Assembly (NCBI GenBank): GCA_002159075.1
Contig: LZRT01000085.1
Coordinates: forward strand, 6,177-70,176
Length of the DNA: 64,000 nucleotides
Source: Bacillus thermozeamaize
Lineage (GTDB): Bacteria; Bacillota; Bacilli; ZCTH02-B2
Reading direction: 5' to 3'
In this document: positions 50,716 to 61,349 of the stretch, one piece after another
How the letters are laid out: the number at the start of each line of letters is the position of its first letter
How positions within the stretch are numbered: position 1 is the first letter of the stretch
The notes under the pieces: generated by a model
The model's input: only the letters and a program-made list of their open reading frames with translations
What the model was told of the DNA's origin: nothing
The model's database searches: none
Translations under genes and position numbers: made by a program

Positions 50716-51330
50716 ATGGCAAAACACGAACTTCCTGCATTGCCATACGCATTTGATGCGTTGGAGCCGCACATTGACGCGCAAACAATGGAAATTCACC
50801 ATGGCCGCCATCATGCGACCTATGTGAATAACCTCAATGCGGCGCTGGAAGGACATCCGGAGCTGCAGCAGAAGTCCGTTGAAGAACTGATCAGCGATTT
50901 GAACAGCATTCCTGAGTCGATTCGCACGGCTGTACGAAACAATGGCGGTGGACACGCAAACCATTCCCTGTTCTGGGAAATCATGAGTCCCCAGGGTGGC
51001 GGCGCGCCGACGGGAGCTTTGGCTGAGGATATCAACAAGACGTTCGGGAGCTTTGAAAAATTCAAGGAAGAATTTACAAAGGCTGCAACCGGCCGCTTTG
51101 GAAGCGGTTGGGCCTGGCTGGTGGTAGATGGCGGAAAGCTGGCCGTCATGAGCACCCCCAATCAGGATAACCCGCTGATGGAGGGCAAAACGCCCATTCT
51201 CGGTCTGGATGTCTGGGAGCACGCCTATTATCTGAAGTACCAGAACCGCCGTCCGGATTACATCGCCGCTTGGTGGAATGTGGTCAACTGGGATGCTGTC
51301 AATGAGCGTTACGCGAAGGCCAAATCGTAA
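50716..51330 (+). CDS. sodA: Superoxide dismutase [Mn]
   Basis: 'HHGRHH', '[10 protein letters not shown]', 'NQD', 'DVWEHAYY'. Confidence 0.96.
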   Translation: MAKHELPALPYAFDALEPHIDAQTMEIHHGRHHATYVNNLNAALEGHPELQQKSVEELISDLNSIPESIRTAVRNNGGGHANHSLFWEIMSPQGGGAPTGALAEDINKTFGSFEKFKEEFTKAATGRFGSGWAWLVVDGGKLAVMSTPNQDNPLMEGKTPILGLDVWEHAYYLKYQNRRPDYIAAWWNVVNWDAVNERYAKAKS

Positions 51331-51359
51331 TGGCCCTCATACAAGACAAGCAGCGAAAG

Positions 51360-51390
51360 AGGGAATCTGCGCAAGCAGGTTCCCTTTTCT
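51360..51390 (+). terminator. Rho-independent terminator after sodA
   Basis: AGGGAATCTGC-gcaa-GCAGGTTCCCT-TTT. Confidence 0.75.
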
Positions 51391-51565
51391 GATCGTGCGT
51401 GCCCATGTGACACATGCTCATACGGGATTGCCGGTTTCGGGCAAGCTTGCTGCCGCGTTTGCCGTTGCAGTTGTCTTTTTCAGTCAGGGTATGATATGTT
51501 CATTTCGTATGGAAACGTGAGTTAAATGTGTCTTGTGATGTGGATTCTTAGAAGGAGGATAAGGA

Positions 51566-52696
51566 TTGTTCCGGACGATTTTATTTGATGTGGACGGGGT
51601 GCTCTTGAGCGAAGAGAGGTATTTTGACGCCTCTGCTTTAACGGTATGGGAATTGCTGAGCAGTCCTTTATACCTCAACCAGCTCGTGACGCCGTCGTTT
51701 CGCCCTGATCCGGAGGAGCCGGTGATTCGATTGTTGCGGAAAACCGTGTTTGATGAGGACAGGGTGCTTGACTTCATCAAGGAACGCGGGATTAATGCGA
51801 ACTGGGATATGGTATATTTGGTTTTCAGCTATCAATTCATTCGTTTTTTGGAAGCAGCTCAACCCGGCTATCGGGAACAAGTGGCGGACTTGCTGTCCCG
51901 GCCGCTAACCGCGGAATCACTGGCTATCTGCCGCACCTGGCAGGTGAGCTATTCTCCACAATGGGACGCCTTTGTGGCGGATTTTTCCCGGGGAACGGCG
52001 GAAAAGCAGGCCTTGCTTTTGGATCTCAACCGCATCGCAGAAGAACGGCTGGGGATGCGCTGTGACGTTTTTTCCCGCCACTCGCCGTTGTGGGATCTTT
52101 GTCAGGAGGCGTTCCAGGAGTGGTATATGGGTGAGGAGAAGTTCAGAGAGTCAACCGGTAAGCCGCCTAAGCAACCTGGCAAGCCGGGTTTCTTGCATGA
52201 CGAGATCCCGATTGTGCCGCCAGAGAAAATGCGCGCATTCTTTGCCCGCTTACAGGAGATGGGGATCGAGCTGGGCATCGGGACAGGCCGGCCTACTGTG
52301 GAGACGATCGAACCGCTTACGGCATTGGGCATCCTTCCGTACTTTAATCATGACCGAATCGTCACCGCAAGCGATGTGCTGGAAACCGAGCGGCGGTACC
52401 CGGAGCGCGCGCCGCTGGCCAAGCCGCAACCCTTTACCTATCTCAAAGGGTGGCTGGGGAAAGAGACGCCGGATGAAGTGGTATTTTCCTTGCCGTTGCC
52501 GATTCAGGAAGGGGACCGTTTATTAGTTGTCGGAGACTCCATTGCCGACCTGATGGCTGCGAAGACGATCGGTTGCCGTTTTTGCGCGACATTGACCGGC
52601 TTGTCCGGGAAAGCCGCCAGGGAGTCTTTTGAGAGACTGGGTGCGGATTACATCGTCGATGATGTGTTGCAAGTGGTGGATCTGCTAGAAAAATAG
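51566..52696 (+). CDS. HAD-superfamily hydrolase
   Basis: 'LFDVDGV', 'GTGRP', 'KPQP', 'VGDSIAD'. Confidence 0.88.
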   Translation: MFRTILFDVDGVLLSEERYFDASALTVWELLSSPLYLNQLVTPSFRPDPEEPVIRLLRKTVFDEDRVLDFIKERGINANWDMVYLVFSYQFIRFLEAAQPGYREQVADLLSRPLTAESLAICRTWQVSYSPQWDAFVADFSRGTAEKQALLLDLNRIAEERLGMRCDVFSRHSPLWDLCQEAFQEWYMGEEKFRESTGKPPKQPGKPGFLHDEIPIVPPEKMRAFFARLQEMGIELGIGTGRPTVETIEPLTALGILPYFNHDRIVTASDVLETERRYPERAPLAKPQPFTYLKGWLGKETPDEVVFSLPLPIQEGDRLLVVGDSIADLMAAKTIGCRFCATLTGLSGKAARESFERLGADYIVDDVLQVVDLLEK

Positions 52697-52739
52697 TATA
52701 TTTAAAAGTGTGACAAGTTCGGAGAAGGAGGAAAATGAT

Positions 52740-54410
52740 TTGCGCAGCGACAAGATAAAAAAGGGGATTGATCGCGCGCCCCATCGGGCGCTCTTAAAAG
52801 CGACCGGCTTAACAGACGAAGATATGAACAAGCCGTTTATCGGCATTTGCAACTCGTATGTAGACATCGTGCCGGGGCATGTCCATTTGCAGGAGTTTGG
52901 GCGGATCATCAAGGAGGCGGTGCGCGAGGCAGGCGGCGTGCCTTTTGAGTTCAATACGATTGGCGTCGATGACGGCATTGCCATGGGACATATCGGGATG
53001 AGATATTCCTTGCCCAGCCGGGAGATCATTGCTGACGCGCTGGAGACCATGGTGATGGCCCATTGGTTTGATGCCCTGATCTGCATTCCCAATTGCGACA
53101 AGATCACGCCCGGAATGATGATGGGTGCCATGCGTGTCAACGTGCCGACCATTTTTATCAGCGGCGGTCCGATGGCTGCCGGGAGGACGGATGATGGCCA
53201 ACCCGTCGACCTCATTTCGGTGTTTGAAGGGGTAGGGGCTTACCAGGCGGGCAAGATTGACGAAGCGCGGCTCAAGCATATCGAAGATATGGCGTGCCCG
53301 TCTTGTGGTTCCTGTTCCGGGATGTTTACCGCCAACTCGATGAACTGCCTGGCAGAGGCATTGGGTCTGGCGCTTCCCGGCAACGGAACCATCCTGGCCC
53401 GGACGCCGGAACGGGAGGAACTGGCCCGCCAGGCGGCCCGCAAGATCATGGAACTGATCGAAAAGGACATCAAGCCGCGGGATATTGTGACCGTAGAGTC
53501 GATGGATAATGCCCTGATCCTGGATATGGCGATGGGCGGGTCCACCAACACCGTGTTGCATGCGATGGCGATCGCCAATGAAGCCGGGATCGATTATCCC
53601 TTGTCGCGGATCAACGAATTGTCGAAGCGGGTGCCGCATATTTGTAAAGTATCACCCGCATCCCATTATCACATCGAAGATGTGCACCGGGCGGGAGGGG
53701 TTTCGGCGATTCTGAAAGAGGTGAGCAAGATTGAGGGGCTGCTCAATCTGGACTGCATTACTGTGACCGGCAAAACGCTGGGAGAGAACATTCAAGACGC
53801 AGAGGTTTTGGATCCGGAAGTGATTCGGCCGATTGATAACCCCTACAGCCCGACCGGCGGACTGACCATCCTTTACGGAAACCTGGCCCCGGATGGTGCG
53901 GTTATCAAGTCTGCGGCCGTGGATGAATCGGTGCAGCGTTTTTCTGGCCCGGCTGTGATTTTTGAATCCCAGGACGAGGCGTTGGCCGGCATTGCCCTGG
54001 GTAAGGTGAAAGCCGGTGATGTGGTCGTGATCCGCTATGAAGGCCCGCGCGGCGGTCCGGGAATGCCGGAGATGCTGGCGCCCACCTCGGCCATCCAGGG
54101 AATGGGGCTGGGCAAGGAGGTCGCCTTGATTACGGACGGCCGTTTTTCTGGCGGGACGCGGGGCATTTGTATCGGCCATATTTCACCCGAAGCGGCAGAA
54201 GGGGGTCCCATTGCGGTCCTGAGGAATGGGGATATTGTGACCATCGACATTCCCAATGGCATTTTGCGCGTGGAACTGTCGGATGAAGAGCTGGCTGCCA
54301 GGCTGGCAGAATGGAAGGAACCGGAACCGAAGATTAAGCACGGGTATCTGAAACGGTATGCAAAGATGGTGACATCAGCCAGCACCGGGGCAATCCTAAA
54401 GGTGGATTGA
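52740..54410 (+). CDS. ilvD: Dihydroxy-acid dehydratase
   Basis: 'RAPHRALL', 'DDGIAMGH', 'NCDKITPG', '[14 protein letters not shown]', 'TDGRFSG'. Confidence 0.97.
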   Translation: MRSDKIKKGIDRAPHRALLKATGLTDEDMNKPFIGICNSYVDIVPGHVHLQEFGRIIKEAVREAGGVPFEFNTIGVDDGIAMGHIGMRYSLPSREIIADALETMVMAHWFDALICIPNCDKITPGMMMGAMRVNVPTIFISGGPMAAGRTDDGQPVDLISVFEGVGAYQAGKIDEARLKHIEDMACPSCGSCSGMFTANSMNCLAEALGLALPGNGTILARTPEREELARQAARKIMELIEKDIKPRDIVTVESMDNALILDMAMGGSTNTVLHAMAIANEAGIDYPLSRINELSKRVPHICKVSPASHYHIEDVHRAGGVSAILKEVSKIEGLLNLDCITVTGKTLGENIQDAEVLDPEVIRPIDNPYSPTGGLTILYGNLAPDGAVIKSAAVDESVQRFSGPAVIFESQDEALAGIALGKVKAGDVVVIRYEGPRGGPGMPEMLAPTSAIQGMGLGKEVALITDGRFSGGTRGICIGHISPEAAEGGPIAVLRNGDIVTIDIPNGILRVELSDEELAARLAEWKEPEPKIKHGYLKRYAKMVTSASTGAILKVD

Positions 54411-54427
54411 CCGGAGCAATAGGGAAC

Positions 54428-54449
54428 GGGGGCGTCATGCCCCTTTTTT
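54428..54449 (+). terminator. Terminator after ilvD
   Basis: GGGGC-gtcat-GCCCC-TTTTTT. Confidence 0.6.
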
Positions 54450-54491
54450 CTTTTCCTTCCTGGAATGAAACTCTTCTTGAGGAGGGAACGC

Positions 54492-56297
54492 ATGGGTCAC
54501 GTTAATCTGACTTCGCTCATGGTTGTGGTCTTGGTCGCTTTTCTGGTGCCGATTCTCATCCATCGCACGCGCCTTGCGATGCCTGTCGTCGTAGCCGAAA
54601 TTCTCGCAGGCATGCTTATCGGGCAGACGGGCTTCAACCTGATCAAACCGGATGCTTGGTTAGAGTTGTTGTCATTGCTGGGGTTTATTTATTTGATGTT
54701 CCTCAGTGGCTTAGAGATTGATTTTTCGATGATCACGGCATCCGGCCGAAAAAAGGGAAAGGTCAATCCGCTCGTTGCAGGGAGCGGCGTGTTTATCCTG
54801 ATCCTTCTATTGTCTTTTGTCCTGGCATTGGGTTTAGCGAAGATCGGTCTTGTGGATGATTTCTTTTTGATGACAATCATCATTGCCACGATTTCTTTGG
54901 GTGTCGTATTGCCCACGTTAAAGGAAAAAGGGATCGAGCGAACTGAAATCGGCCAGATATTCTTGATCATCGCCGTGCTTTCAGACTTTGTAACCATGAT
55001 CCTGCTGGCTGTGTATGTCTCCTTTCATGGAAGAGGCAGCGGAGGGAAAGTGGTTTTTCTCTTATTTTTGTTTTTGGCCGTCTTTTTGGCGTACCGGATC
55101 GCCAAAATGTTGATGCATGGGCGGGGATTTGAAGGACTAGAAAAGGCCACCAGTCAGATTGGCGTGCGCGGAGCGTTTGCGCTGATCCTGTTTTTTGTCG
55201 CTTTGGCTGAGTCGGTGGGCGCGGAGGGGATTCTGGGCGCCTTCCTGGCTGGTGCGACGCTTTCCTTGCTTTCTCCGCGTCGGGAATTTGTCCACAAGCT
55301 GGATTCATTTGGCTACGGATTTTTGATCCCGATTTTTTTTGTGATGGTCGGGGTGCGGCTGGATCTGCACGGAATGCTTCAGGAACCGCATCTTTTGTTG
55401 TTGGTTCCGTTGTTGTTGCTGATCCTCTTTCTTTCCAAGATGTTGCCCATGTTATTGTTGAGGATATGGTTTCCCGGCCGGATCGTGCTGGCGGGTGGCG
55501 TTTTTTTGACGGCCACCTTGAGCCTGGTCATTGCTGCCGGCGAAATTGGCATGCAGCTCGGGTTGCTGACTTCGGCCACCCATACCGCTTTGGTTTTGAC
55601 TGCGGTGGTTTCTTCCATCGTTTCGCCCATATTGTTTGACCGGATCTTTCCGAAACAGGAAAGCCGGCCCATGTCTGTTCACATTTTAGGGGCCAGCACG
55701 GTGACGTTGCCGCTCGTCAATGACCTGGTAAATCGAGGGGTTCTTGTCAAGGTGTTTACCACCGAAGCCACACAGGATGGAGATTATCCTTTTGTGCGAT
55801 TGGAGCAGCTGGAAAAAGAAACATTGCGACAGACAGGTTTCTTTCACGCAGATGTGGTCGTATGCGGTACGGGTAACGGGAAACTGAACCTGGAAATCGC
55901 ACTGGCGGCAAAGGAATTGGGGATGGAACATGTGGTATGCATTTTGGAGGATCCGCTGCTTCAGGAAGAAGCCCGCAAGCATGAGATCCACCTTTTCTCC
56001 TCGGCATTGGCGGGCAAAGCCTACCTGAAGGCGATGGTTCTTTTTCCGCGCCTTTTGGATTGGATTACGTTGCAGGATGAAGCGTCCACACTGGTCGAGG
56101 TGAGGATGCAAAATCCGATGTATGAAGGCCGAAAGCTGAGGGAGATTCCGTTTTTGGGCGACGCGCTCATCCTCCGAATCTACCGGGACGATGAAAGCAT
56201 CACGCCTCATGGTGATACGGTGCTGCAGCTAGGCGATACACTGCTGGTCAGTGGCGGGCTGGAGCATGTCACGGTGTTGCGGGAACATTTTTCGTGA
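54492..56297 (+). CDS. Monovalent cation:proton antiporter (CPA2) with TrkA domains (YjbQ-like)
   Basis: 'LMFLSGLEIDF', 'ILGAFLAG', 'GFLIPIFF', C-terminal 'PHGDTVLQLGD'. Confidence 0.9.
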   Translation: MGHVNLTSLMVVVLVAFLVPILIHRTRLAMPVVVAEILAGMLIGQTGFNLIKPDAWLELLSLLGFIYLMFLSGLEIDFSMITASGRKKGKVNPLVAGSGVFILILLLSFVLALGLAKIGLVDDFFLMTIIIATISLGVVLPTLKEKGIERTEIGQIFLIIAVLSDFVTMILLAVYVSFHGRGSGGKVVFLLFLFLAVFLAYRIAKMLMHGRGFEGLEKATSQIGVRGAFALILFFVALAESVGAEGILGAFLAGATLSLLSPRREFVHKLDSFGYGFLIPIFFVMVGVRLDLHGMLQEPHLLLLVPLLLLILFLSKMLPMLLLRIWFPGRIVLAGGVFLTATLSLVIAAGEIGMQLGLLTSATHTALVLTAVVSSIVSPILFDRIFPKQESRPMSVHILGASTVTLPLVNDLVNRGVLVKVFTTEATQDGDYPFVRLEQLEKETLRQTGFFHADVVVCGTGNGKLNLEIALAAKELGMEHVVCILEDPLLQEEARKHEIHLFSSALAGKAYLKAMVLFPRLLDWITLQDEASTLVEVRMQNPMYEGRKLREIPFLGDALILRIYRDDESITPHGDTVLQLGDTLLVSGGLEHVTVLREHFS

Positions 56298-56301
56298 GCC
56301 T

Positions 56302-56344
56302 AAAAAACCCCTATTCGAACCGGTACCGGGTTCGGATAGGGGTT
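56302..56344 (-). terminator. Terminator between convergent antiporter and ddl
   Basis: AACCCCTATTCGAACC...GGTTCGGATAGGGGTT hairpin with an A-run on the left (U-tract on the minus strand). Confidence 0.75.
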
Positions 56345-56399
56345 GGCAGGATAGGGCATTTCATCATTTGGAATTTTGTGGGGCATCTTATTCTTTGAC

Positions 56400-57563
56400 T
56401 TATGTCTTTTTTGTGGAAGAGACTGGGGAGCTGGACAGGGAATCAGGGAAGATCTGAGTCTTTTTCTTTTCCTCATGTCTCTCCAGGGCGAGTTGAATCA
56501 ACCGATCAATCAGTTGCGGGTAGGAGATGCCGCTGTGCTGCCATAACAAGGGATACATGCTATACTGGGTAAAACCGGGCATCGTGTTGATTTCGTTGAT
56601 CAAAACCCGTCCGTCGGAACGGCAGAGGAAGAAATCGACGCGTGACAGGCCGGAGGCATCAATGGCTTTGAAAGCTTCAATGGCCATCTCCTGGATTTGC
56701 CGTACCGTGCTTTCCGGCAGTTCGGCCGGGATGATGAGGGCGGATTGGCCATCAAGGTATTTGGCCTCATAATCGTAGAATTCCTTTGACGGAATAATTT
56801 CCCCGGGAATGGAGGCCAGCGGTTCATCGTTGCCGAGGATGGCCACCTCAATCTCGCGCGCATCGACGTAGGCTTCGACAATGATTTTCCGGTCGAACCG
56901 GGACGCGGTGTCCATGGCGGTGAGCAGTTCTTCTTTTGTTTTTGGCTTGGAAATGCCCACGCTGCTCCCCAGGTTGGCGGGTTTGACAAAGCAGGGAAGG
57001 CCCAGCCTGTCGATAATTTCTTCTAAGACGCCGGAGCGGTTTTTTTCCCAGTGGTTCCGCGTGTACACTAGGTAATCCACTTGCGGCAGCCCCCGTGAGG
57101 CGAAGACGGTTTTCATCATCGCCTTGTCCATACCGACGGCCGAGGCGAGGACACCGGATCCGACGTAGGGGATATCCGCCAGCTCCAGCAGTCCCTGGAC
57201 GGTCCCATCTTCACCGTTCGGGCCGTGCAGGAGGGGGAAGACCACATCCACATCTTGTGGAGAGCCTTTGGGTTGCCCCGGTGGGGCCACTGACCGGCAG
57301 GCCGGAAAAATGCCTGAAAGCCCTTGGACAGCGAGGCGGCAGGAACCGTTTTGTCCGTCCAGCCGCAACTGCTCGGGTGAAGCGGGCGGCCGGGTGATAG
57401 TTTCTCCCTGGATCCACGTGCCATCCAGCGTGATGTATGTTGGGATGGGCTCATACCGAGAAAGATCCAATGCGTTCAATACGGAAAAGGCGGTCTGGAT
57501 GGACACTTCGTGTTCACCCGATTTCCCGCCGTAGAGTAGGGCCAAGCGAATTTTCTCAGTCAT
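56400..57563 (-). CDS. ddl: D-alanine--D-alanine ligase
   Basis: 'GGKSGEHEVS', 'LHGPNGEDG', 'KPANLGSSVG', 'FYDYEAKY', 'NEINTMPGFT'. Confidence 0.96.
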   Translation of the reverse strand: MTEKIRLALLYGGKSGEHEVSIQTAFSVLNALDLSRYEPIPTYITLDGTWIQGETITRPPASPEQLRLDGQNGSCRLAVQGLSGIFPACRSVAPPGQPKGSPQDVDVVFPLLHGPNGEDGTVQGLLELADIPYVGSGVLASAVGMDKAMMKTVFASRGLPQVDYLVYTRNHWEKNRSGVLEEIIDRLGLPCFVKPANLGSSVGISKPKTKEELLTAMDTASRFDRKIIVEAYVDAREIEVAILGNDEPLASIPGEIIPSKEFYDYEAKYLDGQSALIIPAELPESTVRQIQEMAIEAFKAIDASGLSRVDFFLCRSDGRVLINEINTMPGFTQYSMYPLLWQHSGISYPQLIDRLIQLALERHEEKKKTQIFPDSLSSSPVSSTKKT

Positions 57564-57703
57564 AAAAAACCTCCTTTGCTCCTTCTCCATTATATCGGAT
57601 CATCGCCTATTGGTGAGCAGAAAGTGAGACGGCGGCCATCTTGACAACTATCATTCATTTGCGAAATGTTATTCTTATGTAGAGAAAAGGAGCGGTCAAT
57701 GAG

Positions 57704-58555
57704 ATGGAGCGAGCAGATTTGCATACACACACTCGGGCATCCGACGGATGGCATTCAGCCGAAGAGCTTTTGCTGATGGCCCGCAAGGCAGGCCTTCGAG
57801 CGATTGCCGTCACGGATCATGACACGGTAGGCGGCTTGCAAGAGGCATTGGACATCGGACAACGGCTGGGGATTGAGGTTGTCCCTGGGATTGAGATCAG
57901 CACCTTATATGAGGGAATCGACGTTCATGTTCTGGGTTACTATGTCGATTTTACTGATCCATGGTTTCTCCGCCGGCTCGAGGAACTTCGCGACACGCGC
58001 GATTTGAGGAACCGAATGATTGTGGAACGATTGCGGGAGCTGGGAATAGAGATTGACCTCCAAGAAGTTTATGCGAAGCAGGAGCGAGGGGGGAATGTCG
58101 GAAGGCCGCATATTGCCGCTGTCTTGGTCGACAAGGGAGTGGTGGGTTCGGTGGAGGAGGCCTTTGAACAGTACCTGGGAACAGGGAGAAAAGCCTATGT
58201 CGTGCCGCCGCGGATCAGCCCGCTTGAGGCGCTGGAGTTGATTCACCAGGCGGGCGGTGCATGTGTATTGGCGCATCCCGGTTTGTACGGAAAAGATGAT
58301 CTCATCGAACAAATGATCGCAAAAGGGATGGATGGGTTGGAAGTTTACCATCCGGATCACGCTTCGGATGAAGAGGCCCGTTATTCGAGGATGGCCGAGG
58401 AAAAGGGGTTGATTATCACAGGGGGATCCGATTTTCATGGCGTCAGAGACGGCCGGGCATTTCATGGCCCGATCGGAGCGAAGACGGTCGATATGTCTGC
58501 CGTCCACGCATTAAGGGAGCAAGCGATGGCTTGGAGGAAGAAAACGCAATCATAA
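57704..58555 (+). CDS. PHP-domain phosphoesterase (TrpH/YciV-like)
   Basis: 'DLHTHTRASDG', 'TDHD', 'GRPHIA', 'LAHP', 'GGSDFHG'. Confidence 0.92.
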   Translation: MERADLHTHTRASDGWHSAEELLLMARKAGLRAIAVTDHDTVGGLQEALDIGQRLGIEVVPGIEISTLYEGIDVHVLGYYVDFTDPWFLRRLEELRDTRDLRNRMIVERLRELGIEIDLQEVYAKQERGGNVGRPHIAAVLVDKGVVGSVEEAFEQYLGTGRKAYVVPPRISPLEALELIHQAGGACVLAHPGLYGKDDLIEQMIAKGMDGLEVYHPDHASDEEARYSRMAEEKGLIITGGSDFHGVRDGRAFHGPIGAKTVDMSAVHALREQAMAWRKKTQS

Positions 58556-58668
58556 TTAAGCACAATCTTAAATCAAAAGACCTCTCCTTTGTTCATCATG
58601 GAAGCCTGCCTCACTCTTTGTGTCTCAATGTGATGGCAGGTTTTTTCTTTCCGTGGTGGATTCTTTTA

Positions 58669-58697
58669 TTGCAAGATCAAGCCACTTCAGTTATAAT
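58669..58697 (+). promoter_or_regulatory. SigA promoter of tRNA-Asp
   Basis: TTGCAA-N17-TATAAT. Confidence 0.75.
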
Positions 58698-58713
58698 GGT
58701 TCGTGTCATACAG

Positions 58714-58790
58714 GGAGCCGTGGTGAAGCTGGAGTTCACGCCTGCCTGTCACGCAGGAGGTCGCGGGTTCGAATCCCGTCGGCTCCGCCA
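58714..58790 (+). tRNA. tRNA-Asp(GTC)
   Basis: Acceptor GGAGCCG/CGGCTCC, anticodon arm CCTGC-ctGTCac-GCAGG, GGTTCGAATCC, CCA end. Confidence 0.96.
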
Positions 58791-58818
58791 TCCTCAAGGA
58801 AATTCTGGTGCACTAGGA

Positions 58819-58847
58819 TTGACAGCGGCGAGAATTTGGCTTATGAT
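58819..58847 (+). promoter_or_regulatory. SigA promoter of downstream tRNAs
   Basis: TTGACA-N17-TATGAT. Confidence 0.75.
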
Positions 58848-58867
58848 AATTCTTGTCTCTGACACAT

Positions 58868-58943
<76 letters not shown>

Positions 58944-58982
58944 GTACCCCTTTTTCAAGAATTAAGGGATAAACGGCATGTT

Positions 58983-59071
58983 GCCGGGGTGGCGGAATAG
59001 GCAGACGCACAGGACTTAAAATCCTGGGGTGGGTGACCACCGTACCGGTTCGATTCCGGTCCTCGGCACCA
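58983..59071 (+). tRNA. tRNA-Leu(TAA)
   Basis: GCCGGGG acceptor, CAGGA-ctTAAaa-TCCTG, long variable arm, CCA. Confidence 0.95.
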
Positions 59072-59132
59072 TTTCATAACGAACTGGCAATGAAATTTGC
59101 TTGTAAGGATGGTTCCAGTCATCATATTATAT

Positions 59133-59207
59133 GGGCAGTTAGCTCAGTGGGAGAGCGCCACCTTGACACGGTGGAGGTCGGAGGTTCGATCCCTCTACTG
59201 CCCACCA
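59133..59207 (+). tRNA. tRNA-Val(GAC)
   Basis: GGGCAGT/ACTGCCC acceptor, CCACC-ttGACac-GGTGG, CCA. Confidence 0.95.
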
Positions 59208-59220
59208 TAACAGCGCAACG

Positions 59221-59250
59221 AAACCCTTGAAAATCAAGGGTTTTTTCTAT
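59221..59250 (+). terminator. Hairpin/terminator after tRNA-Val
   Basis: AAACCCTTGA-aaa-TCAAGGGTTT-TTT. Confidence 0.7.
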
Positions 59251-59339
59251 TTAGGGCAGTAAATAAGATCACGTAATATCATATAATACAGATGCTGTTC
59301 AAGCAATTGGTGATAAATTGATGCCAAATGAAACTACAT

Positions 59340-59480
59340 GCTTTTTTCCTTGAAAAAAGCGCATCGAGTTTGGTTGCCGCTTCGCGATCAGCAGATTGCA
59401 AGGCATGGCCAAAAGTGTCCATTGTGATGCGTATGTCGACATGTTCAAGTGGTGCAGAAATGATTTTTGCAATATTGCAC
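59340..59480 (-). pseudogene. Tyrosine recombinase/integrase C-terminal remnant
   Basis: 'AKIISAPLEHVDIRITMDTFGHALQSADREAATKLD' resembles the integrase box-II tail (K.ISERLGH.....TMD.Y.H); Phe at the catalytic Tyr position; points towards tRNA-Val. Confidence 0.75.
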
Positions 59481-59672
59481 CATATTGCAGAAAAGAAATT
59501 GGCGTTCCTTCTCTTTCCAAAGGTCAATGTTCTTTAGTTTTTGTCCCGCTTTTCAATTGCTACAATTTATCATGCAAATGGTAGTTTCGATGTTACACCG
59601 CAGTAAAACAATGATAAAATAACTAAATTAAGAGGATATCTTGATGATGCAGGAAAGATTGAAGGTGATAAC

Positions 59673-59792
59673 TTGGCTTTTCACTTCTCAAATTTTATAA
59701 TCACAATGCTGTTTTTATTAATCATATTTTTGTTTTTTATAGGATGCTTGTATTTTTTGGGAAAATTTTTGAGATGGATCATTCATAAGTAA
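59673..59792 (+). CDS. Small hydrophobic peptide (39 aa) MAFHFSNFIITMLFLLIIFLFFIGCLYFLGKFLRWIIHK
   Basis: Translated by hand (below the ORF-track cutoff); AAGGTGA RBS before TTG; one TM helix and a basic C-terminus. Confidence 0.5.
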   Translation: MAFHFSNFIITMLFLLIIFLFFIGCLYFLGKFLRWIIHK

Positions 59793-60125
59793 ATAAATGA
59801 ATTAGACTGGCTATATCTTATAGACAAGATTTTAAGATGGATCATCCTTAAGTAAATATTAATTTTAGGCTGGCGTTTATTTTGCCAGCTTTTTTATATA
59901 GTAAAGGTGAAAAAATTGGCCACCTGGCTATGGAAGTCAGGTGGCTCGAAGGGCTGGTATTTATTTTTTCGCTCTAAATCGATACAAAAACACCTGATTT
60001 CCGTTTACTGGTTGTTAACGCCGACGTATAATTGACCCGGGATCGCCAAAAAAGAATTGACCCACCCCTCAACAAAAGGTACCCTTCGATATGTCGGAAA
60101 AAACAAACATCGGAGGGGAAACCAA

Positions 60126-61349
60126 ATGTCAAGGAGTGGGACAGTGATATCATTACATGAAATGAAGGCATCTGGCAAGAGTATTCGCGCCATCACCAGA
60201 GAAACCGGTTATTCACGAAACACCATTCGGCGATATCTAAGATCAAAAGGGGTCTTTGAAAGAAAGCCACGCGCAAAACGGCCTTCGAAATTGGATCCAT
60301 ATAAACCTCTTCTGGATGAGTTGATGGCCCAAGGAATCTACAACTGCGAGGTCCTTTTCGAACGCATTCGGGAACAGGGATACCAAGGCGGCCGGACCAT
60401 TCTCAAGGACTATGTGAAAGCCTTCCGTCCCCCAAAACAAACACCAGCGATTCAGCGTTATGAAACCAAGCCCGGTGAATATGCTCAAGTGGATTGGGGA
60501 ATGTGTGAGTATGTTGACCCTGAGGGGCAGGTACATAAAGTTCCGGTGTTTGTGATGGTCTTAGGTTATTCCAGAGCCATGTACATCGAGTTTACGAAAC
60601 GCTGTGATACCCACAGTTTCCTTCGGTGTCTGATTCACGCGTTCGAGTATTTCGGGGGCATTCCTAAGATCATGCTCACGGACCAGATGAAAACCGTTGT
60701 GCTTGGGATGGGAGAGGATCGCAAGCCACGCTGGCATCCCCTGTTTGCCGACTTTGCTGCAGCCATGGGTCTTGTGCCAAAGGTGTGTCAAGTCAGGCGA
60801 CCACAAACCAAGGGGAAGGTGGAGCGAGGTGTCCGCTTTGTTAAAGAGAACTTTATTCCAGGCAGGCAGTTTGTCGATCTGGGGGATCTCAACCGGCAAG
60901 CCCTGCAGTGGTGCGATGCGAAAAACAAACGGATTCACGGGACAACTGGAGAACGGCCAAGTGAGCGCTTGCTTCAGGAAAAGTTGCAGCTCCTGCCACC
61001 AAAAGAAAGGTGGGCGAAATATCTTCACGAGCCGCGCCGGGTCAGTCGAGACCGGTTTGTCAGCTACGATGGGGTGCGTTACGGGGTTCCCTGGCAATAT
61101 AGTGGTCGTGAGGTGATGGTGCGGGAAGTCAATGGGATGCTCGAGATCATGGTTGATGGGATACCGGTTGCCAAGCATGAGAAAGTTCACCGATCACGAG
61201 CGATTGTCCTTTGTCCAGGTCAATACGCTGGTTTAAAAGCGGCCAACGGTTACACCCACCCACGCCCTCAGGCGAAGCAGATACTGGCTCAGGATGTGGA
61301 AATTCGTTCGCTTGAGGTCTATGAACGCCTGATGGAGGTGGGAACATGA
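60126..61349 (+). CDS. istA: IS21 transposase
   Basis: N-terminal HTH 'SIRAITRETGYSRNTIRRYL', 'RYETKPGEYAQVDW', 'TDQMK', 'PQTKGKVER'. Confidence 0.95.
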   Translation: MSRSGTVISLHEMKASGKSIRAITRETGYSRNTIRRYLRSKGVFERKPRAKRPSKLDPYKPLLDELMAQGIYNCEVLFERIREQGYQGGRTILKDYVKAFRPPKQTPAIQRYETKPGEYAQVDWGMCEYVDPEGQVHKVPVFVMVLGYSRAMYIEFTKRCDTHSFLRCLIHAFEYFGGIPKIMLTDQMKTVVLGMGEDRKPRWHPLFADFAAAMGLVPKVCQVRRPQTKGKVERGVRFVKENFIPGRQFVDLGDLNRQALQWCDAKNKRIHGTTGERPSERLLQEKLQLLPPKERWAKYLHEPRRVSRDRFVSYDGVRYGVPWQYSGREVMVREVNGMLEIMVDGIPVAKHEKVHRSRAIVLCPGQYAGLKAANGYTHPRPQAKQILAQDVEIRSLEVYERLMEVGT

